A program made the translations under genes and the position numbers. From NCBI GenBank assembly GCA_046313635.1, contig JBKBYA010000003.1:96001-160000 (forward strand): a stretch of DNA of 64,000 nucleotides, in the 5' to 3' direction. Under the pieces are notes generated by a model that was not told the origin of the DNA, made no database searches, and was given only the letters and a program-made list of their open reading frames with translations. Below are positions 62,765 through 64,000 of the stretch, one piece after another (the first letter of the stretch is position 1; every line of letters begins with the position of its first letter). The DNA is from Pyrinomonadaceae bacterium (GTDB lineage: Bacteria > Acidobacteriota > Blastocatellia > Pyrinomonadales > Pyrinomonadaceae).

Positions 62765-63484
62765 ATGACCTATCAACGAACCGACAATAGAGCTTACGAC
62801 CGGATCCGGCCGACCAAGATCACTCCCAACATCTCGCCCTACGCCGAGGGTTCGGCCCTGATCGAGGTCGGCGGAACAAAGGTCATCTGCACCGCGAGTG
62901 TCGAAGACCGCGTGCCGATGTTCCTGCGCAATAAGGGCACGGGCTGGGTCACCGCCGAATATGCGATGCTGCCCCGCGCGACCAGCACTCGAACGCAGCG
63001 TGAGACGCAGCGGCCCTCGGGCCGAACGCAGGAGATACAGCGACTCATCGGCCGCAGCCTGCGGGCCGTCGTCGATCTTAAGCGTCTCGGCGAGCGGCAG
63101 ATCATCGTCGACTGCGACGTCATCCAGGCTGACGGAGGCACCCGCTGCGCCTCGATCACCGGAGCATACGTCGCGCTCGCTCTCGCCTGCCGCAAGCTCG
63201 TCCGCAACGGGCATCTGGCGCAGAATCCGCTAATCAGCGAGGTCGCGGCGATCAGCGTCGGAGTGGTCGAGGGAACGACGATACTCGACCTCGCCTATGT
63301 CGAGGACTCGGTCGCCGAGGTCGATATGAACGTCGTCTGTACCGGCTCGGGCAAGTTCATCGAGGTGCAGGGCACGGCCGAGGGCGAGCCGTTCACACGG
63401 GCGCAGATGGACGATATGCTGGCCCTCGCCGAGGTCGGTCTCGGTGAGTTGTTCGATATCCAACGCAGCGTACTCGCGCTATAA
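62765..63484 (+). CDS. rph: Ribonuclease PH
   Basis: [31 protein letters not shown]. Confidence 0.95.
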   Translation: MTYQRTDNRAYDRIRPTKITPNISPYAEGSALIEVGGTKVICTASVEDRVPMFLRNKGTGWVTAEYAMLPRATSTRTQRETQRPSGRTQEIQRLIGRSLRAVVDLKRLGERQIIVDCDVIQADGGTRCASITGAYVALALACRKLVRNGHLAQNPLISEVAAISVGVVEGTTILDLAYVEDSVAEVDMNVVCTGSGKFIEVQGTAEGEPFTRAQMDDMLALAEVGLGELFDIQRSVLAL

Positions 63485-63555
63485 TCGTTGGCGCCTTCCG
63501 CAGCAATTCCACCGTTGCGATGCGAGCTCTGCCGATCCGATTCGGGAGCGGTCTT

Positions 63556-64000
63556 ATGCCGACACGGATAACCACTGCCGACCTTGCACGGCTCAAGCCT
63601 AAAGATCCGTCACCGATAGTCAGCGTCATCGGCACGACCGCGCTCGTGCTCATCGCGCTCGTGGTCACGTCGCTGCTGTGGAAACTCGCCGACCGGCCGG
63701 TGACGGCGCCGCTGTTCTTTGCGGCCATCGTTCTGTCGACGTGGCTCTTCGGATTCAGGTACGGGATCGCGCTGGCAATGCCGCTGGCGGCTTTCCTGAT
63801 CGAATACTTTTTCGTGCCGCCATTCTATGCGTTGAGCGGGAGCCGCGACCAGATCATCCGCTCGCTCGTGCTTGTGGTAGAGGGCGCCGTACTGGCATGG
63901 CTGACGTCGAAGCTGAGCCTCGCCAGCGAAGAGATCTCGACCTCGCGCGAGGAGCTGCGTGAATTGACGAAGCACCAAGAGACGCTGCGCGAAGCCGAGC
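63556..64000 (+). CDS. DUF4118-like membrane sensor, probable histidine kinase (partial)
   Basis: Manual translation: TM helices, FFVPPFY, then coiled coil SREELRELTKHQETLREAE; runs off the window. Confidence 0.7.
   Translation, partial: MPTRITTADLARLKPKDPSPIVSVIGTTALVLIALVVTSLLWKLADRPVTAPLFFAAIVLSTWLFGFRYGIALAMPLAAFLIEYFFVPPFYALSGSRDQIIRSLVLVVEGAVLAWLTSKLSLASEEISTSREELRELTKHQETLREAE

Overview
GC-rich bacterial chromosome segment. The gene content (Oar-like TonB receptor, split F0 atp cluster, futalosine pathway, many short-period REP-like arrays) suggests Acidobacteriota, probably Blastocatellia; this taxonomy is inference. Most genes are housekeeping: mqnE/mqnP, sppA, atpZIBE, waaA, efp, rnc, lepB, ruvC, fahA, fdhD, purF, ssrA, murI, rph. 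Five things stand out. (1) A hidden selenoprotein: a rhodanese lipoprotein whose C-S-[TGA] codon is followed by a SECIS-like hairpin and 59 more in-frame rhodanese codons. (2) A lower-GC ~4.2 kb island with two tandem lipoprotein plus secreted HExxH metallopeptidase modules, bracketed by a 186-bp duplicated 3' end of the nucleotide-sugar dehydrogenase gene and lacking an integrase. (3) A family of inverted short-period (7-10 nt) repeat arrays. One pair encloses a four-helix-bundle gene, one has the same heptamer but no gene inside, one sits in frame within fdhD, and several supply stop codons for neighbouring genes. (4) Two REP-associated tyrosine transposases, each disrupted by one nonsense codon. 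(5) A structured terminator/antiterminator-like leader upstream of a TauE/SafE gene. All calls are by eye from motifs; no database searches were run.
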